DNA of 64,000 nt, from positions 581,588 to 645,587 of the forward strand of contig NW_008246074.1 of the NCBI RefSeq assembly GCF_000281045.1. The letters are read 5' to 3'. Shown here in pieces: positions 11,604 to 23,896 of this stretch. Each line of letters opens with the position of its first letter. The first letter of the stretch is position 1. The notes beneath the pieces were generated by a model. The model was given only the letters and a program-made list of their open reading frames with translations. It was not told the DNA's origin and searched no databases. Origin of the DNA: Saprolegnia diclina VS20. Its lineage: Eukaryota. A program made the translations under genes and the position numbers.

Positions 11604-14315
11604 ATGAAGTTTGGGAAGCAGCTCGAGATCACGGCCAACGTCGAGTGGCGACAGTACTACGTGCAGTACAAGAAGCTCAAGCGGCTCATCAAGCGCGTCG
11701 CCTTTGAGATCGAGCGTGGAAAGCAGAAGCTGGAAAAGCTGGAGAAGAAGCGTGGCCAGTCGCCGCTTCCACGCCCGCCCAACGTGACTGCTGGCAGCGA
11801 CGAGGACGCAACCAGCGGTGTCACACGCACTGCGAGTGGTAGAAAGAAGGCAACGGAGGCCTCGCCACTGCTCGAGCCATCGACGCTCTCAAGCTCGGAC
11901 TTGAACCTCGAGGGTATCGCCGAGGCGAAAACCGAGTTCTGGACCATGACGAATGCCAACATCCAGATCGCCAACGACTTTTACCGCGCCAAGATCACCA
12001 ACATTGCGAAGAACATCAAGGACTTTGAGTGCATGCTGCGCGACGAAGGCAAGACGGCGCACGGCCACGTCTCGACGCACAACCCTACGTTCTCGCACGA
12101 GGGCGGGTTTGCCGCGATTCAAGACGCGTACGACACGCTCATCGATCTCAAGGCTTTTGTGAACCTCAACCACACGGGCTTCCGCAAGATTGTCAAGAAG
12201 TTCGACAAGACAACGGGAGAAGATGCGCTTGGCGGCTTCATGAAGCAGCTGAACCGCGAGGACTTTTATGCGTCCAACGACGTCGACGGGCTTCTCGACC
12301 GCCTCTTTGGTATCACGTCCAAGTATGTAACACCTCTTTCTAGCAACGGGTATCACAACTGTGGTGCAGGGACAAGCTCGAGGCTGGTAACATGGAAGGT
12401 CGCATTCGCCGTCAGCAGGGCAATCAAGACTCGCTTTTCCGCAAAGTCAAGGTCGTGCCCTTTGCCATCTCGTGCACGCTCTTTCTCGTGCTTCTGATGG
12501 TCAACCTCCCGGGCGGTACTTTCGCACATTGCGATGATTTCGATGCTCATCCAGTGGCTATCTGTTAGAACAACCAGTGCAGCAACGCTGCTTGGCGATG
12601 CTTGTCTTCGTGACGTCGCTCTGGGTCACGGAAGCTGTCCCGTACTTCGCGACGTCGTTGCTTGTGCCCGTCCTTGTCGTTTTCCTTCGCATTCTCAACA
12701 ACAAGACCAACCCCGACGTGCTTCTTGACGCCAGTATCTACTTCCTCGTGTCGCTGGATATGTTGTTTACATGCTGGTAGAAAGCGCGGCCAAAGAAGCA
12801 ATGACGCTGCTCGTGAACCACACGACAATTCTCATCATGGGCGGGTGCGTGAAGCTGACGATATACTGTATTCATGCCAACTAGCTTTTCCATTTCAGCG
12901 GCGTTGTCCAAGTGCCAGATTGAGCTCTACTTGGCCGCCTTCCTCCAGCGCCGCTTCAAGAAACGCCCACGCCTCTTTCTCCTCGCGATCATGCTCATGG
13001 GTCTCTTCCTCTCCATGTGGATCAACAACCACACGGCGCCGGTTCTCTGCGTCTCGGTCTGCTATATTATCCCTCACTCGTTGTAGGTCTGACAGGGTAA
13101 TCCGTAGGTGCTTTTGCCCATCATTCGCGACTTTCCGCACAACAGCTCATACGTCAAGACTCTGCTCATCGGCCTCGCCTTTGCGTGCAACCTCGGTGGC
13201 ATGATGACGCCTATTGCTTCGCTTCAGGTATCTGATCTGGGCTACGTCGCTGCACACCATTAATGCACGTCCTAGAACACTCTTGCGCAGTCGTACCTCG
13301 AGAAGGCCGGATACGTCGTATCTTTTGGCCAGTGGATGATGATTTCGGTCCCCTTTTGCACTTTCGCGACAATTCTCGTCTGTCTTTTCCCTCGGATTCC
13401 TTTGGATTCTCAGCGTCCATATAGTGCTGGCTTTTCCTGCTTTGGGTCTTCGATCCGGCCGACGTGACGTACATCCCGCAGATCGTGTACGACCAAAAGC
13501 AGCGTATCAACCGCGTCCACATCGCCGTTGTCGTTTTGACAATGCTCACCATCATCATGTGGGCGCTCTTCACGTTCATGGCCGATACCATCGGTGACAT
13601 GGGCATTATATCGCTCATGCTTATGGTATGCTGGGACTCTCGCTGCTCTCCTAACCTTCTGGCATCTAGTTTACGCTCTTCGGCACTGGCATCTTGAGTC
13701 AATTTGACTTCAACTCGTTCTCGTGGCACATTCTGTTTCTCATTGCGGGTGGCAATGTTCTTGGCGAGGTGTGATTTCATCCTCGTCTACACACTGCCTA
13801 ACTAGATGGATGCGATTAGGCGGTCCAGCGATCGGGGCTGCTCACAACACTTAGCCACTCGTTGATTCAAGCGCTCCCCAGCGGCAGCGTGTGGCTCACG
13901 ACTGTCATGCTCTGCCTCCTTGTGCTGTGCCTCACAACGTTCATCTCGCACACGGTCGCGTCGCTCATTCTGTTGCCGATCATCGTCCAACTGAGCGTTG
14001 AGATTGGCCATCCGCACATCCCTGTGATTTGCTGCGCCCTTGCCATCTCCGCCGGTGCGTCGGCTATTTTGGAGCTGATCTTTTATCAATTGTATAGCGA
14101 TGGGGCTTCCTTTTGCGTCGTTCCCCAACATCAATTCGCTGCTTGTCCTCGACGACCATGGTGAGCCCTACCTCAAGGTCCAGGACTTTCTTCGAGTCGG
14201 CCTCATCTTCTCGGTCTTCTCTGTCGTGCTTATCGTGACATTGGGCTACACGCTTATTGTCGCTGTGCTTGGCTACTCGCTCCCTCACACGGTGTCTTTG
14301 CTGGCTACGCCATAG
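11604..14315 (+). CDS. SPX-domain SLC13/CitMHS low-affinity phosphate transporter (Pho87/Pho91-like), multi-exon
   Basis: MKFGKQLE...YVQYKKLKRLIK and LNHTGFRKIVKKFDK (SPX); LWVTEAVP, SMWINN, NLGGMMTPIAS, MGLPFASFPNIN (SLC13 transmembrane motifs). Confidence 0.92.
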
Positions 14316-14895
14316 CTCCACATAGATGATGCGGTGTCTGCAAAAGCTGCTGCATAATGAAGCGATGCGACCTCGCTGTTGAAATACAATCACGAGTGCT
14401 GGCAAGTACCAGCACTCGTGGCAAGTACCATCGTGCTTCAACACCATGATTGTCTCGTTGAATCTTTGCGGCGTGTCTTCTTTGTGCGCAAGGGGTCCAT
14501 GGGCACGGGCCTCCAGTTTGCCGTCATCGCTTGACAAGGCACTTCGAGTGGGGTGAAGCTTAGTACACCCTGGATGCATCGTGAGCGCGGCAATGTTCTC
14601 CGTCGGTTAAGGGGCTTTCAGATTGAGCTCTGGCCTCAACAAGTGGCTCCAAAACGTGCACCGATGTCGCGTACCAGTACAGTACGAGACCGATCAACCG
14701 TGCTGGACGCAGGTGGAGCCAAGGCTGATGATATAGCACGTTCTTTGCGCCCGGTACAATGTTTAGCCGCGAGCCCTGCCGCGGGGCTCTGTGGACAGCC
14801 CTGCTCACTTCGTGAAGGATGAATGTCGTATTGTAGGGATAACATTATGTTGGTGATGTGAGCTCGAATAAATACGATCTACGGTGACGTTCGTC

Positions 14896-15420
14896 TTATA
14901 CATGAACTCGGGCGCGACTGGCGACAACGACAACATCCGAGTAGTATCGATGACCGTGCGCGAGACCATACCAGAGCACTACCATGTTCATCGCGCCGCC
15001 AATGATACCCAGGACGTTTGCACGAATATTGAGGTCCTCGAGGTGATTGCCGGGCACCGCCAAGTAGATGAACGCGGCAGCATGCCCCGCAAGAAGAACA
15101 GCGTTGGTCAGTCGGTAAAGGAATAGGGCCCGGCGGCGGTGGCCATCAATGGGGCAACCGCTACCATAATATCCCGCGCCAGCAGCAAGAAGACCAATGG
15201 AACCGAGAAGCAAACTGAAGTTGAGCAGCAGCAGCGAGAGGAAGAAGTACGTCATCTGGACCAGCGCAGCTTGGCGGCATGGCCAACGTAGTGCTGATAA
15301 CGGCGCTGGTACGGCAAAGGCGACAACGTCGATTCGCAGCGTGGGTTCCGGGAGCGCATGGTACGAGGCCGTCGGTGTCGCTGGCAGTGGCTCGGCGATG
15401 GCGATCGGCGTCGGACGCAT
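14896..15420 (-). CDS. Hypothetical small membrane protein
   Basis: ATG-initiated ORF of ~174 aa with 3-4 hydrophobic segments; no recognised family. Confidence 0.45.
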   Translation of the reverse strand: MRPTPIAIAEPLPATPTASYHALPEPTLRIDVVAFAVPAPLSALRWPCRQAALVQMTYFFLSLLLLNFSLLLGSIGLLAAGAGYYGSGCPIDGHRRRALFLYRLTNAVLLAGHAAAFIYLAVPGNHLEDLNIRANVLGIIGGAMNMVVLWYGLAHGHRYYSDVVVVASRARVHV

Positions 15421-15667
15421 CCCAATTTTGACTGCGTCCGTTGGCAGCTGACAAGTCGCAGTTGAAGCGCCTGTCCCGCGATAACCAAATTGGACATTTA
15501 TAGGGGTACCCACCGAATTGCGACAATCGCACTGCATTCTACTATTGGTCCTTGGTTGCACCGGGGCCTACTAAAACGAATGTTGAAGTGCCGATAAATT
15601 TTGCACACGCCGCAGCTGGCATCGAAGTTCGAAAGAGTCCGAAGATCGCAGAACCGAAGTTGAACGA

Positions 15668-17407
15668 ATGAGCGACGATGAGGACGAGTGGGAGGACGCG
15701 TTCCCAAGCCCCGGCGACGACGCTGCCGAAGACGAGTGGGAAGATGTCGACGTGCCCGAGGCTGCCGAGATAAATGGCCGTAGCGACAGCGAAGAGTCGG
15801 ACAACGCTGAAGGCGAGGCCCCCGTTACCACTGCACCGATCGAGCTGCATGTCCAAGACTGGGCTGCCCTCAATGCGGCCGTCAACGCTGCTGCGAACGA
15901 CGCGCCGCCGCTGTCAAAGCAGCCAAAAAAGGTGAAAGTCAAGCGCCTCACCAAGGACGAGAAGGCGCAGCTTCTTGTCCAAAAGAAGGCACACCTTGTG
16001 TGTCTAGTGGCGCGCGAGGCCCAGATCAACGCTCTCGCCAACCAGACGATTCTGCAGTCGCTTCTGCGGTCGCTCTTGCCGCTTGAGGTTGAGGATATCC
16101 TTGCTCAACATGCGACGAAATGCGAAAAGAAGGACCTCGTCTACGTGCTGCAACATTTGGTCAAGTGGTTTCGTGCATCCTTCGTGCGACTGCCGTACGT
16201 CGCGAATGCGTCCTGCTGCGTTGATGCGTCGTCGCTGCTCGCTGTCTTCTACGCGCGCGCGGGTGCTGAACACGAGCTCATTTGCTTGTTTACTGCGCTT
16301 TGCCGTGCTTGCCGCCTCCGCACGCGCTACGTTGTGTCGCTCGACACGCCAAACATCACACGTCGGGATGCGTCTTTTGATGCGTACTTCGGCATCAATA
16401 GCCTGCGCGAAACCTCAAGCTCGCGGGCATGGAATGAAGTTCAAGGTCCGACTCGAGCATGGGTGCACGTCGATGTCTCTCGCAATCTGTTCGACGCGCC
16501 ACTCGAAGTTGAGAAGCTTCGTGGTCGCGGCGCGCTCCTTCCGCACGTCGTCGCGTTCGACGACCAAGGACACAGGATTGATGTCGCGCCAAGCTACGCG
16601 TCGCAGTGGAATCGGACGCTGGCGATGCGTGTGGACGGAGGTTGGTATGCGCGGCTCATTGGCGCGGGAGCGTCCGTGGACAACGCGCTGGACGTCGAGG
16701 TAAAAAAGATGCCCCTGCCGCAGTCGCTCCAAGCGTTCAAGAACCACCCGCAGTACGTCTTGGAAAAGCACCTCGGCGTCTTCCAGTGCCTTCACCCGCG
16801 AAAACCCGTCGGCCTCTTCAAGGGCGCGCCTGTCTTTGAACGCGACTCCGTCAACACGCTGCGCACCAAGCACCAGTGGCGGCGTCGTGGCCGCCAAGTG
16901 GTCGAGACGGAGACGCCGATCAAGCGCGTCGCCAAGAAGAAGTCGTCGGGCCCCCAAGTGTTTCCGCCACCACTCGACAACACAATGAGCCTCTTTGGGG
17001 AATGGCAGACACAGGAGTACGTCGCTCCACCCGTCATCGACGGTGTCGTACCCAAGAACGAGCACGGCAACATTGAGCTTTGGAGCGATCACTGTCTACC
17101 GAAGGGCAGTGTGCACCTACAACTGCCTCGCGTGGCCAAGGTTGCCAAGTCCCTGGGCGTTGACTTTGCGCCGGCCGTCGTCGGTTGGGAGGTCAAAGGC
17201 GGTCGTAATGTACCTGTCCTAAACGGTATTGTTGTTGCCGACGTAGTCGCTGCGATGGTCGAGGACGCCCACGCGACAATGCAACACGAGTCGATCGAGA
17301 AGGCCATCAAGCACAACCAAGCACTTATCGTCAAGCGCTGGGGCACATTTGCGCAAAAGCTCCTGCTGCGAAAGCGCCTACGGGACGAGTACGGTTCGGG
17401 ACAGTAA
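15668..17407 (+). CDS. XPC: DNA damage recognition protein XPC/Rad4
   Basis: Transglutaminase-like region (WVHVD), FKNHPQYVLEKHL, LFGEWQT, VPKNEHGNIE, LGVDFAPAVVG (BHD domains). Confidence 0.93.
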   Translation: MSDDEDEWEDAFPSPGDDAAEDEWEDVDVPEAAEINGRSDSEESDNAEGEAPVTTAPIELHVQDWAALNAAVNAAANDAPPLSKQPKKVKVKRLTKDEKAQLLVQKKAHLVCLVAREAQINALANQTILQSLLRSLLPLEVEDILAQHATKCEKKDLVYVLQHLVKWFRASFVRLPYVANASCCVDASSLLAVFYARAGAEHELICLFTALCRACRLRTRYVVSLDTPNITRRDASFDAYFGINSLRETSSSRAWNEVQGPTRAWVHVDVSRNLFDAPLEVEKLRGRGALLPHVVAFDDQGHRIDVAPSYASQWNRTLAMRVDGGWYARLIGAGASVDNALDVEVKKMPLPQSLQAFKNHPQYVLEKHLGVFQCLHPRKPVGLFKGAPVFERDSVNTLRTKHQWRRRGRQVVETETPIKRVAKKKSSGPQVFPPPLDNTMSLFGEWQTQEYVAPPVIDGVVPKNEHGNIELWSDHCLPKGSVHLQLPRVAKVAKSLGVDFAPAVVGWEVKGGRNVPVLNGIVVADVVAAMVEDAHATMQHESIEKAIKHNQALIVKRWGTFAQKLLLRKRLRDEYGSGQ

Positions 17408-17482
17408 TGAAGAGGTTTGGTGCTGTCATTTTTTTACGAGCGTTGGGAGAAGCGACGTTCTCTACGTGAGTGGCGACCAAGT

Positions 17483-18356
17483 TCATCGCCCGAGTTCTTG
17501 GTGCACGAGTAGCGCGGAATAGACGCAGTAGGCGTGGAAACCGCTGAGCGCAAGCAAGGTTGTGAAGGAAAGAGAGCTAAAGTGCTGCGGGTAGTTGCTG
17601 TACCAGACCCACATGGCGAGCACAATGAAGCCTGTGAGGAGCAGGAGAACGTCGGATGCACGGAGGCCGAAGCCCACAACGTCCAGCGAGCTGCCCGAAT
17701 CGGCGGGTACATCATCTATACAAGTTGCAGGAATTGTTAGCCAACATGCATCTTCGATGCCTTACGAAAAATACTACCGCGCAGAGAATCCGTGATGATG
17801 GCGTGGATAACGTCGTTCGGACTCAGTCGATATGTCACCATGGGCTTCTCCGGTAGCATCAATGCACCCTGTAGCACTGGAATTGAGATGCATCGGGTGT
17901 AATGTGGCTACCTTGAAAATGAGACGAATACGCTTGCCATCCTTGTGCTCGTCGGGAAATGCCTGACAATCTCACGTTTCATGCCGGAATCTACATCAGT
18001 TCACGCACCATTGCCACAAAAGCGTTCACAGTCTCGTCCGCGCGAAACTGATGGGCACCGATGCGCTCGCCGACGCGGACACGGATCGGCGTTAGGGCTG
18101 CGTCCTCGCCCTCGGGCTTTGGCACGTCTTGCGCGTTGGTGCACGTCGCAGTCGCCGCTTCGGCTTTTGTCGTAAGATCGGCCTCCACCGTTGTCTCGAC
18201 CGTAGTCGAGCTTTCTTCGTGCGCAGATGGTACAACTGGCACCTTGATGGTGGGCTGTGTACTTGCCATGTCCTCGGCAGGCGCCAACGGTATGTCCATG
18301 TGCTCCGCAGTCGCAGTGGCTTCGGCTGGCAAAGTCGGCGTCAACCTTCTCTCCAT
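17483..18356 (-). CDS. Transmembrane and ubiquitin-like domain protein (TMUB-like), 4 exons
   Basis: Spliced product: IRVRV..FRADETV..AFPDEHKDGKRIRLIFKG...LSPNDVIHAII (UBL) followed by two C-terminal transmembrane helices; GT-AG introns found by eye. Confidence 0.75.
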
Positions 18357-19131
18357 CCTATCATCGCATCAGGACGCACCGTCCGTCGTGATGCCACGTA
18401 CGAGAGCTCGTCGACGATCTCCCAGTCCTCGGTCGGCGCAAGATCCATGGCAAGAACGATTGCGAAATGGTCCCTCTTGGCGAAAAGAAAAACAGAAGAA
18501 GAGCTCGTTCAAGTATAAAGTTTCAGAGGTAGTGCGCCGCTGGATCGGCAAAACTCGATGTTTGTATGTGGAGATTCAGCGCCGGAAGAACAAATGCCCG
18601 CGGCTTCAACTGGGATCCGCGTCCTTAGCCAACTTTTAACGCTTGGACCACGCCCTGCTTCTCGCGTTGATGCCATGCAAACACCCAATTTAGTCTCTGA
18701 TACCATTTCTGTGGAATCTCACCCGATATACCGGTAGCTGAAGCAGACGAAGTGGGCCGAGAAAGTCTTCCGGATGATATCAACGAGGTCGGACGGCGAC
18801 AGTAAAGTGTGAGTAGGGCCAGCGTGACGTACTTCGCCTCAGATTCAACCAATGCCCCGATGCCAGGTCAAAGCTACTGCGCTGGGACGAGGGTTCGCGC
18901 CAGTAGAAACGAGCTGCCACCGCATTATGGTGCCGTGTGCGTAAGCTGACGTATATTGGTGAAAGCCCATACAATGTACTCGTAGCATCATTGGGTCCAG
19001 TACTGGTGCCAGCAATTTATGACGTGGCGCAATGATAAAGAAGGTGCAAAGCCGAAGGCACAGAACTTCGAAGTCTCGAAGTTCGTAGTGCGGAAGAGAG
19101 CTGGAGCGACCACCAAGGAAGGAAGACTGCC

Positions 19132-20297
19132 ATGAGCTGCGAACACTACAAGCGCGGTAAGATGTCCCGCCCGGCCACTCCTCCGCAATGACTCTACGCT
19201 GAGCTGCCGTGGTATGCACTCTAACTAACGATGGTGGTCTTAGGCTGCCACCTTTTCGCCGAGTGCTGTAACCAGTGGTTCCCTTGCCGCGTGTGCCACA
19301 ACGAGGCACAGGACGGGGTTTGAGCACAGCGTGCTTCAGGGTGCTCACTCACTCGCAACGACCTTAGCACGAGATGGATCGCCACGCTGTGACGCGCGTG
19401 CGTTGCCGCAAGTGCTTTACGGAGCAGCCGCCGCAGCAGACGTGCTCCAAGTGTTCCTTCGTGCTTGGCACATACTTTTGCAGCGGTACAAATCGACGAC
19501 AAGGACGTTGTCGACATCTGTGATTGTAGTTTGCAACCTCTTTGACAACGAGGGCGACGAGAAACGTATCTTCCACTGCAGCGACTGCGGCATCTGCCGT
19601 GTTGGTGGGCGCGACAAGTTCTTTCACTGGTTTGTTCACCTTCGAGAGCGCAGCTCAGACTGTTTGTAGCATGACGTGCGGCGGCTGCTACGCCCAGGAT
19701 CGCCGGGACAAGCACGTATGCATCAACCAAGCAATGCGCCAGGTACGGTTCACGCGCACAATACTGCAACTCAGGTTCTTTGCAGGAATGCTGCATTTGC
19801 TACGAGGTACGCTTGCAACGTTTCATGGTTGTTCGTGAACTTGAGCGCCTCTCAGAGCTTGTTCGAAGCGCGGGAATGCCCCTCTGTGCTTCCATGTGGC
19901 CACGTTCTTCACGGCGCCTGCTACGACGAGATGACCAAGTACCAGTACGGCCACGCCACTTTTTGTCCGCCAACACACATGTCTACGTAGCATTGCTTGT
20001 CCGCTCTGTCGCAAGTCGCTGCTCTCGGAGCGTGCCCAGCGGCGCCTGGAGCGACTTATGCGACGCGAAGCTGCCGAAGATGAGTCTGAGGCCGGCAACG
20101 AAGGTGGCGAGGACGACAGAAACAGCCAAGAGGGCCCTATCGTGGTTTTTTCCGACGACGATGACGGCAGTAGCGTCTCTGGCTCGAGTGACGTGGACGA
20201 CTCGGACATGGCGGTTGACGATGACGATAGCGAAATGGACGACGGCGACGAGAGCGTCGACGACGTGATCGCCGACCACCAAGTAGGTGGCGCCTGA
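19132..20297 (+). CDS. RCHY1: CHY zinc finger / RING E3 ligase (RCHY1/Pirh2-like), many micro-exons, acidic tail
   Basis: [66 protein letters not shown]. Confidence 0.88.
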
Positions 20298-20443
20298 TAG
20301 CCAAATTAGGAAAGAGCACTAGGGTTCATCCTGCATTCGAGTTTTGTTCGTGCATGGGCGGCGCGGTATTGTACGCAGCAGAATGTCTAGCATCGCGTAC
20401 AAAGGAATGTGAGGTAGAATATACATGTATTTAGCTGTTTGAG

Positions 20444-23400
20444 CTACTGGACGGCGGCGGTGCGCATCGGCTCATGGTCGCGGTACGAGGACGATGCGAG
20501 ATCTTGACTGGCGTTCGAGGGCGAGAAGGCGCTGAACGAAGCGTCTTGGAGGTTGTCGTTGCCGTCCATTTGGTCCAAGTTGGATGCATACGTGCTGGCG
20601 ACCTCGAGGTCCGACTTGAGCTGCTCCATGCCCGTCGCGAGAAGCTCCCAGAGGTTGGGCGTGTTGGGGTTGGCGATCAACACGGCGTCCTCGGGTGGGA
20701 GGTCCATAAACTGAGACAAATCACGGGCGAGGCGGTGGCTACGTGCCGAGAGGACGTTGTTTTGCACTTGGATGTCAGTGAGTTGGCCGTTGAGGCTCGC
20801 GATTTCTTCGAGGAGGTCTTCGGTCTCAGACTCGAACTTGTTTTCGCGCAGATGCATCTGGTGCTGCAGCTCGCGGATGTGCTCCTCGAGGTGCTCGTTC
20901 GAGAGATTGGCCGACGCGTGCACGTCCGAAAGCATCTTTTGCGTCGCAGCGAGCTCGTGTTGCAACTGACGCTTCTCGGCGTCAAAGACACGCTGCGCAG
21001 CGTCCAGCTGTGCTTGAATTTCAGACGACAGCGTCGACTTCTCGTCCGACACAACGCGGAACTCATCGAGCATCTGCGTGTGCTTCGTCTTGAGCACTTG
21101 GAAGGCTTGCTTGCCCTGGTCGAGCATACCCAGCAGGCGTGCCTTTTCAGCTTCAAACGCCTCGGTCATCGCCGCCTCTGCTGCCGACTTTGTCGAATCG
21201 GCCGTCGAAAGCGCCGCTCGTAGTCGCTCGCATTCTTCGTGGGCCGCAAAAAGCTCGGTCTGGAGTGCCCGAATCTCGATGGCCGCCTTGCTTTGGGCAG
21301 CAGCGAGGTCGTTAGCCGCGCTCTGGTTGGCCTCCATTTCCATCGTCTGGAGACGCGACTGGAGCTCGTCAATCGTCAGGTCGCGAACCGAGAGCTGCGT
21401 GGTGTGATCAGCTTGCAAGGCTGCGACAGATGCTTCGTGACACGTCGCCAACGATGCGAGGTTCGCTTGAAGCTCGACATGCGCTTGATCTTTGGCAGAT
21501 GCGTCGGTTTCTAGCGCGGCAATATGGGCTGCCGTAGCTGCCTTGTCGGCCTCGAGCGCTGCAACGGCGTCGGTGAGCGCGAGACCGTGGGCAGCCGAGG
21601 TCTGGAGATCGTCATACACGCGGTCATACTTGCGCTCCCACTCGAGCGCCGCCTCTTCGCACTCTTCGAGGAAAGCCTGTGTGTTGGCAATTTGCTCCTG
21701 GAGCGTAGTAACCTTCGCTTCATGCGCCGCGATTGTTGATGCCAGCTCATCGTTCAGAGCGGCCAGCGACGCCGCGTGCTCCTGCTCTTTGGCAATCGCG
21801 CTGTCACTTGCCTGCCTTGCCATAGCCTCGAGCGACGCTTCCATGCTGGCTTCCCGCGCGCGCCACTGGCCCTCGGCCTCCTTCATAGAGGCTATCGACT
21901 CGAGTAGCTGGGCGTTCTCCGTCTCGAGCTCGGCCGTCGCTGATACCGACACCGCAGACGCGAGCGCCTCGTCCAGTTGGGTGCGTAGCGCTTCCTTCTC
22001 TTGGACTAGCGCCGCGTGCAGCGCAAGCACCTCTTTGTCTTTTGCCAGCTGAATCGAGGCGATCGTGTCTTGAAGCGACGTGACCTGAGCAGCGTGTGCG
22101 TCGTCGCGGGCGCGAATCTCGGCAGCGTGCGCTGCAGCCATCTCGGCCTGAACATCGGTCCACTCGGTGGTCTGAGCTTCGAGACGTTGGCGCCACTCGT
22201 TTGCTTGCGCCTCGAGCGCTTGCATCTGGGCGCGGAGGCTGTCCGACTGATGGTCGAACGCCGTTTCAAGTTCGCTCACTGCAACCTCGAGTTGCGCAAT
22301 GTGTTGGGCTTGGGCCAGCACAGTAGCTTGCTCCTTCTCGAGCGACGTCGTCCACACCGCATTGTTGGCGTCGACGGTCGTGCGCCAGCCCTCGAGCTCG
22401 TCCTCAAGCGCCTGGATGTGCTCTTGAGCGTGGTCCAGCGCGGGGTTTGGAGCGCCCAGCTCCTCTTCCAAGGCCACATTGTGCTCTGTAAGCTCCATGT
22501 TGAGCTCCATCATGCGCGAGAGCTCGTCCTGCGTGCCTTGAACTTGCTCCGTGAGTTTGCGGATCGCGTCCTCCTTCCAAGTCGACTCGAGCTGCTTCAA
22601 GGCAGCGTGGTCCATCTCCAATCGATGGATCTTGGAGTGGGCCTCCGCCAGCTTGGCCTTTTCGGTGTTGAGCTCGGTGGTCATGTGCTCGACATGCGCC
22701 TGCGCCTGCGCGAGGTACTCGCGGAGGGTGGCTTCCACTTGGGTAAGGGAAGCCAGCTGAGCCTCGAGCTGCGCAACTGTCGCGTGGAGCTGGGCCAACT
22801 CGTTAGCAGCCGTCGCCAGCTTGACCTGGTCTTCCTCTTGGACTCGGTCGTACTGGGCGATGAGAGAGGCCTTTTCTGCATCGGAGGCAGCTTCAAGAGC
22901 CGCGCGCTCTTCATCGCGGGCGGCAGCAGAAGCCTTGATGTCGCGGGTCAGTGTTGCAATTTCGGCCGCTTTCTGATCCAAGCTACGGCAGAGGCGTTGG
23001 ATCTCACGGTCGGTTTCCTCCTTCGTGACGACAAGCTCGTCAAGCTCGGCAACACGAGCTGCATGGCTCTCATCAAGGTCGCTGACTTTAGCTTCGAGTT
23101 CCTTCACGACTGAGTCCTGTGCATGCACCCGGGCCTCCTTGGTCTCGACTTCCTTCTCGAGCGTGGCCTTGACGGTTGTCAGGGCAGTGTTCATGGCCGT
23201 AAGGTCCTCAATGCGACCTCGTAGCTCTGCGTCCGTGCTGTACTCAAGCTCGTACGCGAGCTTCTGGTTGACGGTCTCAAGCTTTCGGGCCTTCTCTTCC
23301 CACAGCTTGCGCGCATGCTCGGCCTCGCCGAGGCGCTCGAGCAAGGTCGTGAGCCGGCCCAAGAGCATCGTCATGGCGTCTGGCTCCTCGCCCGCGCTGT

Positions 23401-23476
23401 AGATCACCTTGGCGGCGCCGCCCGGATGCGTCGGGTCCATCATGTCATCGTCCGAGCCAAAGAGAGCGTTCCACAT
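20444..23476 (-). CDS. Long coiled-coil protein of unknown function (1010 aa)
   Basis: Uninterrupted ORF with heptad-rich E/A/L/Q composition. Confidence 0.85.
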   Translation of the reverse strand: MWNALFGSDDDMMDPTHPGGAAKVIYSAGEEPDAMTMLLGRLTTLLERLGEAEHARKLWEEKARKLETVNQKLAYELEYSTDAELRGRIEDLTAMNTALTTVKATLEKEVETKEARVHAQDSVVKELEAKVSDLDESHAARVAELDELVVTKEETDREIQRLCRSLDQKAAEIATLTRDIKASAAARDEERAALEAASDAEKASLIAQYDRVQEEDQVKLATAANELAQLHATVAQLEAQLASLTQVEATLREYLAQAQAHVEHMTTELNTEKAKLAEAHSKIHRLEMDHAALKQLESTWKEDAIRKLTEQVQGTQDELSRMMELNMELTEHNVALEEELGAPNPALDHAQEHIQALEDELEGWRTTVDANNAVWTTSLEKEQATVLAQAQHIAQLEVAVSELETAFDHQSDSLRAQMQALEAQANEWRQRLEAQTTEWTDVQAEMAAAHAAEIRARDDAHAAQVTSLQDTIASIQLAKDKEVLALHAALVQEKEALRTQLDEALASAVSVSATAELETENAQLLESIASMKEAEGQWRAREASMEASLEAMARQASDSAIAKEQEHAASLAALNDELASTIAAHEAKVTTLQEQIANTQAFLEECEEAALEWERKYDRVYDDLQTSAAHGLALTDAVAALEADKAATAAHIAALETDASAKDQAHVELQANLASLATCHEASVAALQADHTTQLSVRDLTIDELQSRLQTMEMEANQSAANDLAAAQSKAAIEIRALQTELFAAHEECERLRAALSTADSTKSAAEAAMTEAFEAEKARLLGMLDQGKQAFQVLKTKHTQMLDEFRVVSDEKSTLSSEIQAQLDAAQRVFDAEKRQLQHELAATQKMLSDVHASANLSNEHLEEHIRELQHQMHLRENKFESETEDLLEEIASLNGQLTDIQVQNNVLSARSHRLARDLSQFMDLPPEDAVLIANPNTPNLWELLATGMEQLKSDLEVASTYASNLDQMDGNDNLQDASFSAFSPSNASQDLASSSYRDHEPMRTAAVQ

Positions 23477-23896
23477 CGTCGCCCCTCGACGTCTTCTAGC
23501 GCACTGGCCACGTGCAATTTTATTTTATTCATCGGCCTTTTTCGAATAACACTATTGCGGATTGACTTGGCCAAGTGACGTGTCAGCACTTGTACACTAT
23601 TTTACAACATCCTATCACAGGTACGAAGTGATCGACTTAAACAGAGCGCATGGAGCCGCCTATATTGCAGCAGTCGAATATGGCGTAACATCCCTATTTG
23701 TCCTCAAGCGAGGAGGGCCTCGCTGGGCATCTTTAATCCTGCCTCTGGTTATTGTGTGACGGCTGAGGAAGAGACGCGACAGTCTATTTCGTGGGAGTTG
23801 TAATTCGACTATATATAGTGTAAATTGCTGGTTACGCATATATTATCCGGATGCGTGGTAGAAACGGTTTGGCGCATTGCAGTTGGTTTCGCCCCG

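Noticed and set aside
16096..16103. ATATCCTT inside XPC as a possible U12 donor
   Set aside because: The ORF is continuous (EDIL) and no splicing is needed
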